DNA of 64,000 bases from Methanothrix sp. (GTDB taxonomy: Archaea; Halobacteriota; Methanosarcinia; Methanotrichales; Methanotrichaceae): the NCBI GenBank assembly GCA_963682135.1, contig OY821645.1, positions 1,376,001 to 1,440,000 of the forward strand, read 5' to 3'. Numbering within the stretch: position 1 is the first letter of the stretch; the number at the start of each line of letters is the position of its first letter. Below the pieces are notes generated by a model. That model did no database searches, had not been told where the DNA came from, and saw only the letters and a list, made by a program, of their open reading frames with translations. The position numbers and the translations under genes were made by a program. This document shows, one piece after another, positions 10,056 through 22,400 of the stretch.

Positions 10056-12376
10056 CCTCGTCTTGCCATCAGCTTGAGGGCTTTCGTTAGCTCATATTTC
10101 GCATTCTCAACCGCAGCACGCCGAATCTCCATGCGGTACATGAGCACTACGAAGACCGTGAAGGTCGTGAGCAATGCGAATACTATCGCTAAGACTGTAA
10201 CGGTTCCGAAATTGTTGGTAATTAGGAAGGGTGAAGAGATCAAGGCCGCAAATCCAAATATGGTGGTAAGACCTGATGCCATAAGTGCGGAACCAATACG
10301 CCGTGATGTAATCTTGAGCGCTTCTCGCGGCTCCCCGATTCTCGCCAGCTCCTCATAGAAGCGCTCCATCATCAATATTGCGTACTCCGATCCAACGCCC
10401 AGAATAAGTGCTCCCAGGCATGCCGTAAGAGGCGTGTATTTCATGTCGGCCAGATACATCACTCCCCCCATCCAGCCGATTACCACCAGCATGGGCAATA
10501 CCGGAAGAAGCGCCTTTATAAGATCTCTGTAGATCGCCAGCAGCACTATGAAGATCAGCACCAATCCAAGCAGTGTCATCTCCGTCCTGCCTTGAGTCAG
10601 AGCACCGATGACGGTAGTCATAACCACGGCATCGCCCGTCTCTCGCACGGACACCCCCGGAGGGGGCGGATGCCAGGCAATATCTTTATCGATCTCTTTT
10701 ATTAGCCGGTTAGTGCCTTCTGCACCCAGGTTGGTCAGAGCCTTGCCCACATTCAGCTTGATCAGGGCAGTGTCGTGACCATCCATGTGCCGAACCAGCA
10801 TCGCGACGGGCAGCGTCTCAATCAGCCTTCTGATCTCAGTAATGTCCCCCGGGATCACTCCGCCATTGGACTGCTTGACTAAAGAGGCAATGCTCTCGTA
10901 ACCAAATATTTGATCACGCGATTCCATTAGATAATCGGAAAAATCGTCCATCCAGCGCAGGGTATCGGGATTGGTAATGTCATCCGCCTGAACAATAAGG
11001 TCCAACGTATCCGTGCCTCCAAAGATATCGCTCATATGTCTAAAGTCGATGAGGGGTGGCAAATCCTGGGGCACGTAGTTCTTGAAATCGGTATCAACCT
11101 GGACCAGGGTATCTGCATAGATGCCCGCCAGAGAGAGGAATAGTGCAGCCGCAAGCACCAGATGCCATCTTTGAATGCAGATGTCCGAGACCTTTTCGAT
11201 GAGGTCTCCGATTATCGTATCTTTTGGTGCATTGGACGATGCACCTTCTTCTTGCATTGATATTCGGGACGAATTTCTCCTCTCCACTACGTAAAGGAGA
11301 GTAACCCCCACGAAAAGGGCAGACAGATAGCAAAGGAAGAGCCCGACAAGGCATAGCAGCCCAAAATCTCTGGTCATGGGCACGGATGATGTGAGGAGAG
11401 AGACAAAGCCCATGGCGGTTATGATCAGGGCGATCATGACCGGCATGGAGACATTGCCAACAGTCTCTACCACAGCCTGCCTTGGTGAGCCGCTCTTGAG
11501 GAATTCTTCATCGATCCTGTTATGAAATTGAATAGCATAGTCTATGCCGATGCCGATCAGCACAGGGAAGGCGGACATGGATACCATGGTAAAAGGTATG
11601 TGAAGAAATCCCATAGCTCCGAAGGTCCAGGTTACGCCCAGGAAGACAATCGGTATGGGAAGCAGCGACCATCTCACATGATTGAACGAAATCAAGAGTG
11701 CTACTATCATGAGAAGGCCGGCTAGAGCCAGGATGGGACCGTTGCTCGTGGCCATCTCCTCGGTTATTGATTGCATAAGCGCCGGCTTGCCGGTAACCGT
11801 AATGACTACGTCCGCCGGAAACTCAGCCATCTTCACCTGGCCGGATGTCTCGGCATAAATCTCTTTAAGTTGTGCCTCCTTTAACGATACCGGCAGATCG
11901 ATGGTGAGCATGGTGTGCTTTTTATCGGGCATCAAGGCATTTACTGCCGGAAGATTAGACGGATAAGCGAGAATTTCGTCTACCCTCTCCTGGGTTGGAA
12001 TTGATCGTATTCCGCTCTCGCTTTTCTCTGTATCCGCTACGATATCGGCAATGCTCGTCACAGCCAGCACATCCGGAGCCATGCGTATCTTTTGCGAAAA
12101 TTTATCCATCGATCTCAGGATATCCGGTTTTGTTACATCGTCCGCTTCAATGAGCACAGCTATGGACTCGGTGGCAAACTTTTCCACATAGAGGTGGTCG
12201 AAAAGCTGGTAAAGAGGGGAATCTTTGCCGACCATGCTCTCCGTTGTCATTCCTTGCATCTCAATTTGCTGGGCATAGTGCAGTGAGGCAACAGTTAGAA
12301 GCAGTGCAGCTGCCATGATTATGATAGGATTGTCTGCAATCCATTGGCCGAGCCTTTCTGTGCCTTTCATTCGCAT
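10052..12376 (-). CDS. RND superfamily (MMPL/HAE3-type) transporter
   Basis: Two repeats of TM clusters with GIGIDYAI and GVGSEYAI motifs; large extracellular loops. Confidence 0.92.
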   Translation of the reverse strand: MRMKGTERLGQWIADNPIIIMAAALLLTVASLHYAQQIEMQGMTTESMVGKDSPLYQLFDHLYVEKFATESIAVLIEADDVTKPDILRSMDKFSQKIRMAPDVLAVTSIADIVADTEKSESGIRSIPTQERVDEILAYPSNLPAVNALMPDKKHTMLTIDLPVSLKEAQLKEIYAETSGQVKMAEFPADVVITVTGKPALMQSITEEMATSNGPILALAGLLMIVALLISFNHVRWSLLPIPIVFLGVTWTFGAMGFLHIPFTMVSMSAFPVLIGIGIDYAIQFHNRIDEEFLKSGSPRQAVVETVGNVSMPVMIALIITAMGFVSLLTSSVPMTRDFGLLCLVGLFLCYLSALFVGVTLLYVVERRNSSRISMQEEGASSNAPKDTIIGDLIEKVSDICIQRWHLVLAAALFLSLAGIYADTLVQVDTDFKNYVPQDLPPLIDFRHMSDIFGGTDTLDLIVQADDITNPDTLRWMDDFSDYLMESRDQIFGYESIASLVKQSNGGVIPGDITEIRRLIETLPVAMLVRHMDGHDTALIKLNVGKALTNLGAEGTNRLIKEIDKDIAWHPPPPGVSVRETGDAVVMTTVIGALTQGRTEMTLLGLVLIFIVLLAIYRDLIKALLPVLPMLVVIGWMGGVMYLADMKYTPLTACLGALILGVGSEYAILMMERFYEELARIGEPREALKITSRRIGSALMASGLTTIFGFAALISSPFLITNNFGTVTVLAIVFALLTTFTVFVVLMYRMEIRRAAVENAKYELTKALKLMARRG

Positions 12377-12388
12377 TTACCTCAATTA

Positions 12389-12425
12389 TGTTCGGAAATT
12401 ACCAAACGTCCGGAACATGCGAAAA
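12389..12425. promoter_or_regulatory. Candidate operator between divergent RND and regulator genes
   Basis: Tandem imperfect palindromes GTTCGG-N6-CCAAAC and GTCCGG-N5-GCGAAA. Confidence 0.35.
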
Positions 12426-12456
12426 GTACTTAAAAGTTGTGGTCTTCAGAAAATGG

Positions 12457-12975
12457 ATGGAACGAGATGAGAAGGAAATCCTGAAGATATATATGGTCGA
12501 TGCCTTCGTCAAAGTTGCGAGTAGCTACGGCTGCTGTGATGCCGTGGGAGTCTTGCGCGGCACATTGTTTCTGGCGGACAGGCCCGTCTCCATGGATGAA
12601 CTTGTAGAGGAAACAGGGTACAGCAAGTCAACAGTCAGCGCCAATATGAGCACGCTGGAAAGACGGGGACTGGCAAAGAGAATAGTAATACCGGGCGACA
12701 AGAGATACCACTATATACCGGTTACCGAACCTGAATCTCTTAAGAAAGAAATGATAATCAATATGAGGAATGAGATGCAGGTCATAATCGCCGCTATGAA
12801 CAGGACGCAGGAGGAACTCAAAGCCGGCGGGTATGCGTCAGAAGCTGTATTGAAAAGGATTGACAAAGCAAGGCGTTTCTACATGCAGACTGACCGACTC
12901 TTGGACATGATATCCCGATACAACATGGAAGAATTGATCGCTCTGTTGCAGCGGGATCTTCAAGAGAAAAAATAG
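12457..12975 (+). CDS. GbsR/MarR-family transcriptional regulator
   Basis: P.SMDELVEETGYSKSTVS.NM..LE..GL winged HTH; divergent from RND operon. Confidence 0.88.
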   Translation: MERDEKEILKIYMVDAFVKVASSYGCCDAVGVLRGTLFLADRPVSMDELVEETGYSKSTVSANMSTLERRGLAKRIVIPGDKRYHYIPVTEPESLKKEMIINMRNEMQVIIAAMNRTQEELKAGGYASEAVLKRIDKARRFYMQTDRLLDMISRYNMEELIALLQRDLQEKK

Positions 12976-13127
12976 CCCTAAAATGGATTAAGAAAAGCAA
13001 TCGCAAAAAGACCATTCTCAACCATCACTGCATCCAGATGTATAATAAATATTAGCACTCTGATCGTCCAATATATTGATTAAGAATAACGATGTCTTTG
13101 CGTTGGAAGCATAGGCAGTGATAACCG

Positions 13128-16100
13128 TTGGGCGAAGAGAAGCTTGCAGGCTTCGATCCTGAAACAAAGATCGAGCAGATGTTGCGGGAGATTGCGAAGG
13201 TACAGGAGAGTGGCGGCAATGATGAGCAAATGCGGGTGTCGCTCTTAAACCTAAAGGAGGGCCTCGAAGATCTATTGTCATGCTTGCCGCAGCGCTGCAC
13301 ATCTCTTCAAGAGGAATGTGCTCCCCCCATTGGGAAGAACTCAGAGAATGAGATTCAGAAGATGACAAGAACGGTGGAGGCACTTCCTTCGGACATAGTA
13401 CTTACTGATCTTGACGGAAATATTGAGTATGTAAACGCCAGTCTCCTGAAAAATTCCGGTTTTAGCGACATATCCGATGTAAAAGGATTATCCGTATTCG
13501 ATTTTACGAATGTTGAAGGAAAAGCCAAGCTGAAAGAGGAGATCATACCCGCCCTTCACTCCGTCGGCCAATGGCAAGGAGAGCTTCTCTTAAAGAAAGC
13601 TGATGGCCAATCCTATATGGCAGAGATGATTTGCGCACTGGTCAAAGACGACTCCGGAAACCCCACCTACCTCTTGGCGAACTTTTTCAACATCACCGAC
13701 AGAAAGCGCGCGGAAGAAGCATTGCTTCTGGATGATTCCCGACTGGAGGCTCTGCAAAGGCTAAACCAGATGGATGAGGCATCGACTCAAGAGATCACCG
13801 ACTTCGCCCTGGAAGCCGGGGTCAAGCTTACCGGCTCCAAGCTCGGCTACCTGGCTTTCGTTGACGATAAAGAAGAGACGCTCTATATGCACTCTTGGTC
13901 CAAGAAGGCCATGCAGATGTGCGATATTGAAGTTAAAAATGTAGTCTATCATCTGCAGGAGACAGGGCTTTGGGGCGAGGCTATTCGGCAGAGAAAAGCG
14001 GTGATAACCAATGATTATGCCTCCTGTCCCCAGAAAAGAGGCACTCCCGTAGGTCACGTCGATATTGTGCGCCACATGAATGTGCCAGTAATGGACAAGG
14101 GCAAGATAGTAGTTGTGGCAGGTCTGGGCAACAAGAAGGTGGAGTACGATGACTCCGATGTGCGCCAGCTAACACTCCTCATGAGCGGCATGTGGAAGAT
14201 CATCCAGCGAAGAGAAGCAGAGGAGGCATTGCACCGGCGCGATTTATTGCTTCAAGAAGCAGCCAAGGCCACCAACTACATGCTCACTCCCGATCCCCAG
14301 GCCATAACCAGAGCATTAGGCATTCTGGGAGAAGCTGAAGATGTGGATCGGGTCCATATTCTGGAGAACCGGGAATTGCAGAGCGAAATGAGGCTGGAGA
14401 TCATTCCTCTGCAATGGTTTAGGGAGCCAGGAAAGCCATTTTCCGGGGATTTATCCTGGGTGGAGCATTTTCCAGACTGGAGGGAAATGCTCTCACGAAG
14501 CGATCCTATTCAGGGCATAACCAGGCAAATCTCACATCCTGGTACAAAGGTGCTGGAGGATTTAGAAGTTCGCTCTTTTCTGCTCCTGCCCGTCTTCATC
14601 GAGGATCGTTTTTTTGCAGTTATATGTTTTGAAGACTGTCATAATGAGCGGCAATGGATCGATAGCGAGATATCTGTACTTCAGGCCGCGGCGGGAAGTA
14701 TCGGAGAAGCCATTTTGCGAAGAAGGATGGAAGAAGCCCTGAGAAAGACGCAAGAAGGACTGGAAAAGAGTGTGTCGGAGAGAACGGCCTGGCTCCTCCG
14801 AGCAAATGAGGCGCTGCAAGAGGAGATGGTCAAACATAGGAAGACGGAAATGGAGCTTCGTTCTGCACAGCAGGCAGCAGATGCGGCTTGCCGGGCAAAG
14901 AGCGAGTTTTTGGCCAATATGAGCCACGAGATACGCACCCCTATGAATGCAGTGATTGGCCTTGCGGGGCTATTGCTGGAAACCAGACTAACGGAAGAGC
15001 AACGTGACTATGTGGAGACCATTCACAGCAGTGGTGATGCGTTGCTTGCTATTATCAACGATATCCTGGATTTTTCAAAGATTGATGAAGGCAAGATGAA
15101 GCTGGAGCATTTGCCATTCATTTTGCGCGAGAGCATTGAGTCCTCGCTGAATATGGTGGCAACAAAGGCTGCGGAGAAAGGACTGGATCTTACCTATGCT
15201 ATTGACGAGAGGATCGCCCCCACCATCCTGGGAGACTCGGTTAGACTGCGCCAGGTCCTGGCCAACCTGCTCAGCAATGCGGTAAAATTTACGGAAAAAG
15301 GTAGCATTGCCATTCAAGTCCAGCCGGGTGAAAATGAGGATGAAATTCAATTTTCAGTTAGCGATACGGGAATAGGCATCAGCCCTGATGACATGAAAAA
15401 GCTCTTCCACTCCTTCAGCCAGGTGGATGCCTCCACCTCCAGAAAATATGGCGGAACGGGTCTGGGCCTGGCCATAAGCAAGAGGTTGGTAGAGCTGATG
15501 GGTGGCAAGATATGGGTACATAGCAAGTTGGGCGAGGGCTCAACCTTTAGCTTCAATATTTTTGCCCCACCATTTTCAGGAGTGGCTGCGATGCAGCATC
15601 TGGCCGGCAAGAAGATAATGGCTTTGCTCAGCAGCGTGAGCTGCTTGAAGGTGCTGTTGGATTATGCCCGCTCCTGGGGGATGCAGATCTATCCTGTGGT
15701 ATCGTCCGTTGAAGCGGCAGAGCTGGTAGATAGCCGTTTCGATGCAGCTATCTTGGATCTAGATGTCCCGGGGGCTGAGGAGCTGGCCGAAGAGATAGGT
15801 GAAAGGCTTCCCATCATCAACCTCGCAACGCCAGGTGGGCTGAGAGCAGGCAAGAAGACTCTGATCAAGCCCTTTTCGCAAGCCAGCATTCTCTTCGCCC
15901 TGCAAGAGGCTTTAGCTCCCCCGCGCCATAAGAAGATGAGACAATGTAGCAGCGAAGCAATGCACCCCGACCTGGCCATATTGCTGGCGGAAGACAACCT
16001 CGTCAACCAGAAGGTCGCGCGTCTTATGCTAAAGAAGCTGGGCTACAGAGCAGACCTGGCCAGCAATGGCCGAGAGGTCTTGCAGGCGATTTCAAAAAAG

Positions 16101-16358
16101 AGCTACGATGTGATCCTCATGGATGTGCAGATGCCGGAGATGGACGGTCTTGAGGCCACCCGTGCCATTTTGGATCTCAATTTGGAAAAAAGGCCCAAAA
16201 TCCTGGCCATGACCGCTTATGCCTTGGAAGGGGATAAAGAGAGATGTTTGCTGGCCGGCATGGACGGCTATATATCCAAACCGGTGCAGCTGGATGAGTT
16301 GAGAAGGGCCCTGTCAAGCCTGCAAGACACCTCATGCGATGAGGATAAGACTGATTGA
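13128..16358 (+). CDS. Hybrid sensor histidine kinase (PAS-GAF-GAF-HisKA-HATPase-REC)
   Basis: [15 protein letters not shown]-box, [23 protein letters not shown]; receiver AEDN...[10 protein letters not shown]...KP. Confidence 0.95.
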   Translation: MGEEKLAGFDPETKIEQMLREIAKVQESGGNDEQMRVSLLNLKEGLEDLLSCLPQRCTSLQEECAPPIGKNSENEIQKMTRTVEALPSDIVLTDLDGNIEYVNASLLKNSGFSDISDVKGLSVFDFTNVEGKAKLKEEIIPALHSVGQWQGELLLKKADGQSYMAEMICALVKDDSGNPTYLLANFFNITDRKRAEEALLLDDSRLEALQRLNQMDEASTQEITDFALEAGVKLTGSKLGYLAFVDDKEETLYMHSWSKKAMQMCDIEVKNVVYHLQETGLWGEAIRQRKAVITNDYASCPQKRGTPVGHVDIVRHMNVPVMDKGKIVVVAGLGNKKVEYDDSDVRQLTLLMSGMWKIIQRREAEEALHRRDLLLQEAAKATNYMLTPDPQAITRALGILGEAEDVDRVHILENRELQSEMRLEIIPLQWFREPGKPFSGDLSWVEHFPDWREMLSRSDPIQGITRQISHPGTKVLEDLEVRSFLLLPVFIEDRFFAVICFEDCHNERQWIDSEISVLQAAAGSIGEAILRRRMEEALRKTQEGLEKSVSERTAWLLRANEALQEEMVKHRKTEMELRSAQQAADAACRAKSEFLANMSHEIRTPMNAVIGLAGLLLETRLTEEQRDYVETIHSSGDALLAIINDILDFSKIDEGKMKLEHLPFILRESIESSLNMVATKAAEKGLDLTYAIDERIAPTILGDSVRLRQVLANLLSNAVKFTEKGSIAIQVQPGENEDEIQFSVSDTGIGISPDDMKKLFHSFSQVDASTSRKYGGTGLGLAISKRLVELMGGKIWVHSKLGEGSTFSFNIFAPPFSGVAAMQHLAGKKIMALLSSVSCLKVLLDYARSWGMQIYPVVSSVEAAELVDSRFDAAILDLDVPGAEELAEEIGERLPIINLATPGGLRAGKKTLIKPFSQASILFALQEALAPPRHKKMRQCSSEAMHPDLAILLAEDNLVNQKVARLMLKKLGYRADLASNGREVLQAISKKSYDVILMDVQMPEMDGLEATRAILDLNLEKRPKILAMTAYALEGDKERCLLAGMDGYISKPVQLDELRRALSSLQDTSCDEDKTD

Positions 16359-16438
16359 GATGGCTTTTTTAGTCGGCGAACCGGCCGAACAAGGCAGCAG
16401 GACCCTGGCTCCCGCGAATTCTCGCTAATTATTGCCGA

Positions 16439-19400
16439 TTACTCGTATAATGGGCATCCGCAGCTCCCACCCTCCCCTGCGATCTCATCGTCACAGATCA
16501 TCTCCATTCTGTCCAGCCCCCACTCCGGAGGCCGCCAGCCATCCTCTGCGTAAGATGTTGCTTCGCCAACAGTCACCGTAGCGCTCGCCTGCACCGCACT
16601 CCCGCCCGAGCCGTCCAGGGCATGAACCTCTGCCAGGGCGGTGTTCACGAACCTGCCGTTTTGCGCAGCCTGGGTCCGGTACTCGATGAACCGGCTCTTG
16701 CCGGCAGGTATGGCTCCCGTCACCCAGACCAGATTCTCTCCCTGCACCTGGGGCTCTGCGGAAGCATTGAGAAGTTCCAGGCCCGCAGGCAGGCGATCTG
16801 TGACCTGGGCCGCCAGGCTCACATTGGCCCGGTTCTTCAGAAGGACGCGATACCAGATAGTCCTGCCGTCGACTGCGTCGATCCTGGCCTGCTTTTCCAG
16901 GAGCAGATCCGGCTGGCAGCATCCCAGCCATCCAAACTGCATGACGCTCATATTGCCGGCTGTTACCCACTCGTCATTATGCCCACCGGAGGCATAGACC
17001 AGATTGACCAACTCATCCTGCCGGTCGGTTACATTCAGCCTCAAGCTGATGGTCACAGACTGGCCGATGCCCAGATAGAGCAGCGACCAATTGGCATATC
17101 CGGGCTGCAGCCGGTTGGGCTTGAGCGAGGATGTGAGGTAATCGGTTCCGGCGGGGAAGATATCCCAGACGTAGACCGGCCCCAGTGCCGTGTTGCCGTC
17201 GTTCTGAACGGTGATGGTGTAGTCGGCGGCAGCCGTTCCGGGAACCAGCCGCCCGGTCTTGTTCAGGGTGAGGTGAGGCCGGTCAAAGCGGGAGACTCCA
17301 CCCAGGCGGATCTTGCGCTGGATTGTATACTCGCCCACGTACTCCTCGTCCAGGTCCAGAGCGCTTCTGTTGTCCGGCTCGGAGACCGTCCGGAAGCGAC
17401 CCTGACCGCGATAGCTGAGGTTGCTGGACAGGTCGTTCAGACCTGAGGCTCTTGTCTCCTCTTTGATGTAATCGGCACCTTTGACCTCCTGGCCCAGGTA
17501 GCTCTTGCCCGAGCTCTTCGACCAGATTCCGGACTGCCATTTGCCGTAGCCGTAAGCCGGATCTGAGCTGACGGACAGATCTTTGGCCATGTAGCTCTCT
17601 GCTGTGCTGGCCTGCTCTTCGCTCTCGTAGCTGCCGTTTCCGTGCTCGTAGCTTCTCTGGCTCTTCTTGAGCCGCTGGTCGCTCGTAACCTCGCCCTGGC
17701 CGGAGGCATTGCCGATCAGGCGCACATTGCTGCCGTAGTCCTCAAGGCTCTGGTTGAACCGGAATGATCCGGCGTATTCCTGGGAGGACTCGAAGACAGG
17801 CGTTGGCTTGACCGCCTCTCCATCTTTTTTCAGAGCGCCCAGGTGGACCTGGCCCTGCAGAGAGCCTTCGACTGAGATCAGGGTCTCGTTCTTGTCCACC
17901 AGGAGCTTCTGGTCCATCTCCAGGCTCTTAGCATACCGGATCTCATTGCTGGTCGAAGCCTGGGTTGCACGGTTGCGGGTTCTGGTCAGTGAGGAGATCT
18001 CGCTGCTGTAATTTATCGACCTGCCGCCGGGAAGAAGGAAGCTTGTGGGCCGGTAGGCGGCTTTGAGCGAGCCCGCGGTGCTTATGGAGCGGTTCTGCAT
18101 CTGCAGAGCTGCAACCTCTTCGCTGTGGTAGTCACCGCTGCCGTGCTCCGTCTTGAGCAGGCTGGTTCCATCGCGGTCCCGCAGCTTGACGAAGTAGGAC
18201 GTGGAGACCGGCGTGAACTCCTCGCAGGTCAGGGTAACGCTGTTTCTCAGGCCCTGGCTCTGCGTCTCGGTGGAGAGGCGGCGGTAGGTGCTTGCAAATC
18301 CGCTTCCGCTGACGGACGACTCGCTCCAAAAGCTCAGGTTGGAGGCATTCTTGACCTGGAAGAAGACGCTGATGGTGCCCTTCTGGCCGGGGGCAAGATC
18401 GCCAATGGTCCAGATGTTATCCGTGCCCTGGTCTGGAGCAGGCGAGGCGGATAGGAAGATGAGGTCAGGCGAGGCCTGCTCGGTGATCACTACATTGGTC
18501 AAAGCGGTTTTAGCTAGGAGGCTTTCGTAAGCGATGGTGTACCCGATGGTGGCCCCAGGCCAGACCTCCAACAGGTCGGAGGTCTTGTTCAAGTGGACTG
18601 GCTGACCAGTCAGCTTTTCCACATTCACTGAGACCGTGCCCCTGGCCTCGGCTATCGTCACCTCGCTGGAGGTGCCCGTTACCACGACTGCTCCGGTGAG
18701 GCTCTGAGGTGCGTCCGGCTGGACACCGGAGGTTACGGTTATGGTGGTCGAAGGAGCATTCGCATCTCCGGATTTATCCGACTCTGCCGTCTGGGCCGCC
18801 ATCTGTGGGCTGAAGGCAGCGAATGTCCAGGTGATTGTGGTGGTGCCGTCGGCGTTCTGAGTTACGCCCAGAGGACTGTAGTTTGAGCCAATGAAACTCA
18901 GGCCGCTGGGAAGAGTGTATTCAACGATCATGCTATTGAGACCGATACTGCTGTCGTGATTGATGGTGATGTAAAAGGTCAGCTCTTGGCCAGGCAGGAC
19001 ATTCAGTTTGTCGGCAGTAATTGCGACCTGCAAGGCTTGCACAAACCTGCGGTTGCCGAAATCCAGGTCAGTCGGTCCGGGGACTCCTGAGACCAGAGTT
19101 ACGGGATGTGTGCCTGGTGAGGCCGGATAGGATTGCGTCCAGCCGAGTTGGGCAACCTCCTCGATGGTGTAGCTGCCGGGCTCAACGCCGATGAAGGAAT
19201 AGGTACCGTCGGCAGCGGTAACTTTGCTGGCCACCTCGGTTCCCTCTTTTTTTAGCCGGATGGTCCAACCGGAGAGGCCAAGCTCGCCGCTGTCTTTGAG
19301 ACCGTTGCCGTTCTTGTCCTCAAACTTCATGCCGGACAGAACGGTTGACCAGTAGTTGCCGAAATCCAGGTCAGTCGGTCCGGGGACTCCTGAGAGCAGA

Positions 19401-22400
19401 GTTACGGGATGTGTGCCTGGTGAGGCCGGATAGGATTGCGTCCAGCCAGATTGCGCAACTTCCTCAACAGTGTAGCTGCCGGGCTCAATGCCGATAAAAG
19501 AATAGGTTCCGTCGGCGGCGGTAACTTTGCTGGCCACCTCGGTTCCCACTTTCATCAGCCGGATGGTCCAGCCGGCCAAACCGGGCTCGCCGCTGTCTTT
19601 GAGACCGTTGCCGTTCTTGTCCTCAAACTTCATGCCGGACAGAACGGTTGACCAGTAGTTGCCGAAATCCAGGTCAGTCGGTCCGGGGACTCCTGAGAGC
19701 AGAGTTACGGGATGTGTGCCTGGTGAGGCCGGATAGGATTGCGTCCAGCCAGATTGCGCAACTTCCTCAACAGTGTAGCTGCCGGGCACAACTCCCATAA
19801 ACGAGTATGAGCCATCGGCGGCAGTCACTGTGCTGTCGACCTCAGCACCCTCTTTCATGAGCCTGATGGTCCAACCGGCCAAACCGGGCTCGCCGCTGTC
19901 TTTGAGACCGTTGCGGTTCTTGTCCTCGAATTTTATTCCGGACAAACTGGTTGACCAGTAGTTGCCGAAATCCAGGTTGATCGGCCCAGGGACTCCTGAT
20001 ACCAGGTTTAGGGGATGCGTTCCTGAAGCCGGATAGGACTGAGTCCAGCCAGATTGCGGGGCTTCTTCAACCGTGTAGCTGCCGGGAGCAATGCCGGTGA
20101 AAGAATAGGTACCGTCGGCGGCGGTCACCTGGCTTTCAACCATTGTTCCTTCTTTTATCAGCCGGATGGTCCAACTGGCCAAACCGGGCTCGCCATTATC
20201 TTTGGCACCGTTTCCGTTAATATCTTCGAACTTCATTCCCGAAAAACCGGTGGTGCGGAAGTTGCCGAAATCCAGGTCAATCGGTCCTGGGACTCCTGAG
20301 ACCAGGTTTAAGGGATGCGTTCCTGAAGCCGGATACGACTGAGTCCAGCCTGCCTGGGCGGCCTCCTGCACGGTATAGCTGCCGGGCGCAATGCCGATAA
20401 AGGAATAGGTACCGTCGGCGGCGGTCACCTTGCTTTCGACCGTTGTTCCCTCTTTCATCAGCCTGATGGTCCAGCCGGAGAGGCCAGGCTCGCCTGCATC
20501 TTTGGCACCGTTTCCATTAAGATCTTCGAACTTCATGCCTGAAAAACCGGTGGTGCGGAAGTTGCCGAAATCCAGGTTGGTCGGTCCGGGGACTCCTGAG
20601 ACCAGAGTTACGGGATATGTGCCAGTTGTTGCAGGATAGGACTGAGTCCAGCCTGCTTGCGCAGCCTCTTCAACCGTGTAGCTGCCGGGCGCAATGTCGG
20701 CAAAAGAATAGGCTCCGTCGGCGGCGGTCACCTGACTGTCGACAATTGTTCCTTCTTTCATTAGCCGAATGGTCCAGCCTGAGAGTCCCGGCTCGCCGCT
20801 GTCTTTTGCGCCGTTTGCATTCAGATCTTCGAACTTCATGCCGGAGAGACCGCTGGCAATCACATTGCCGAAGAGATTTTCCCGCGATGGCATGTTGGTC
20901 AGGGTTACGGAGTGGTACTCCTCTGCGGGATAGGTCCGGACCCAGCCAGCCTTAGAAACCTCGTAGACCCGGTAGGTGTCCGGCTGCAGGTTCAGAAACT
21001 CGTATGTCCCCTCTTTGCCAGGCTCCCCGCTGGTGGTAGTGGTCTGCAGGAGGTTGTCGCTCTCATCCTTGAGCTGTATATCCCAGCCGGAGAGGGGCGG
21101 CTCGTCGGTATCCATTTTGCCGTCGCCATTCCTGTCGTGGAACTTCTTGCCGGAGATGGCAAGCTGATTGTTGCCGAACATTTTTCCCTGGGCAGGCAGG
21201 TTGGTCAGGGTTACGGTGAAGTACTCCTCAGCGGGAGCGGTCTTGACCCAGCCGGGCTTCTGGACCTCATAGACCCGGTAGGTGCCCGGCTGCAGGTCCA
21301 CAAACTCGTATGTCCCCTCTTTGCCAGGCTCCCCGCTGGTGGTAGTGGTCCGCAGGAGGCTGCCGCTGCTGTCCTTAAGCTGTATCTCCCAGCCGGGGAT
21401 GGGCGGCTCATCTGGGCCCTTTTCCCCGTTGGCGTCCTTGTCATGGAACTTCATGCCGGAGATGGAGACCGGTTGATAGAGACCGGCATCCCAGGACAAG
21501 TCCATGCTGCCCGACACCACATTAACCTTCCTTGTCCGATGAGTAACAGGATCGGCATCGCTGTCAAGTCCGTTATCAGCGCCTTGATCCTGGACTGTGA
21601 TGCTGTAGCCAGCCGGAGGCAGAAATTCCAGATAGTAGGCTCCTGCGGCAGGGCTCTCAAAGAGGTACTTTCCATCGGCGTCGGTGGTCTGGCTCGCGAC
21701 AATGTTATCTGCCGCGTCCATCAAGTACACAGTAACCCCTTCCAGGCCCTTCTCGCCTGCATCCTGGATGCCGTCGACGTCTTCATCCACCCAGACGTAG
21801 TCGCCCAGTCCATACTTGATCTCCACCCGGTAGTCCTCCACCTCGCCGTCAGATGCCGGGCCGTAGGAAGCAAGACCGGGCGAGCTGCTGAATCGAAGGC
21901 GGGCAAATGTGTACCCATCATTGGCATCGGCAGGCACAGAGAAGCTCACTGTCTGAGCGCCGGCGGAGAGCGCCTGATCGATGGCAATCTGCTCTCCTGC
22001 ATCGGAAAAGTCGCCGTCGCCATCGAAATCCATCCAGGCCTGGAGAATTCCCGGTGCCGAGGCGGTCACACTGAATGAGGACTGCTGGCCAATGATAATA
22101 TGATCCGAGAAGGTCGCCCCGTCCTCGTCGGCTCCGTCGCCATCGGCATTGGCCGTGGGCTGGCCGTCCGGCTCATAGTCCACGCTGGAGCCGAGATGGG
22201 GACCGGTCATCAGGTGGCGCGGCCCGTCGCTGGACCGGATGGTCTTGAATGTGTTAGGGGCATCGCCATAGTCCTCAGTGAGCATGTTTGGCGCGCCTGG
22301 AAGGGGGTCGGAAGAGAGAGAGCCGCCGAAAGTGGGCACGCCCCAGAAGCCCCAGTTGTCGGAAGCATCCGGGATGCAGGAGTAGCTCAGGCCCTCTTTG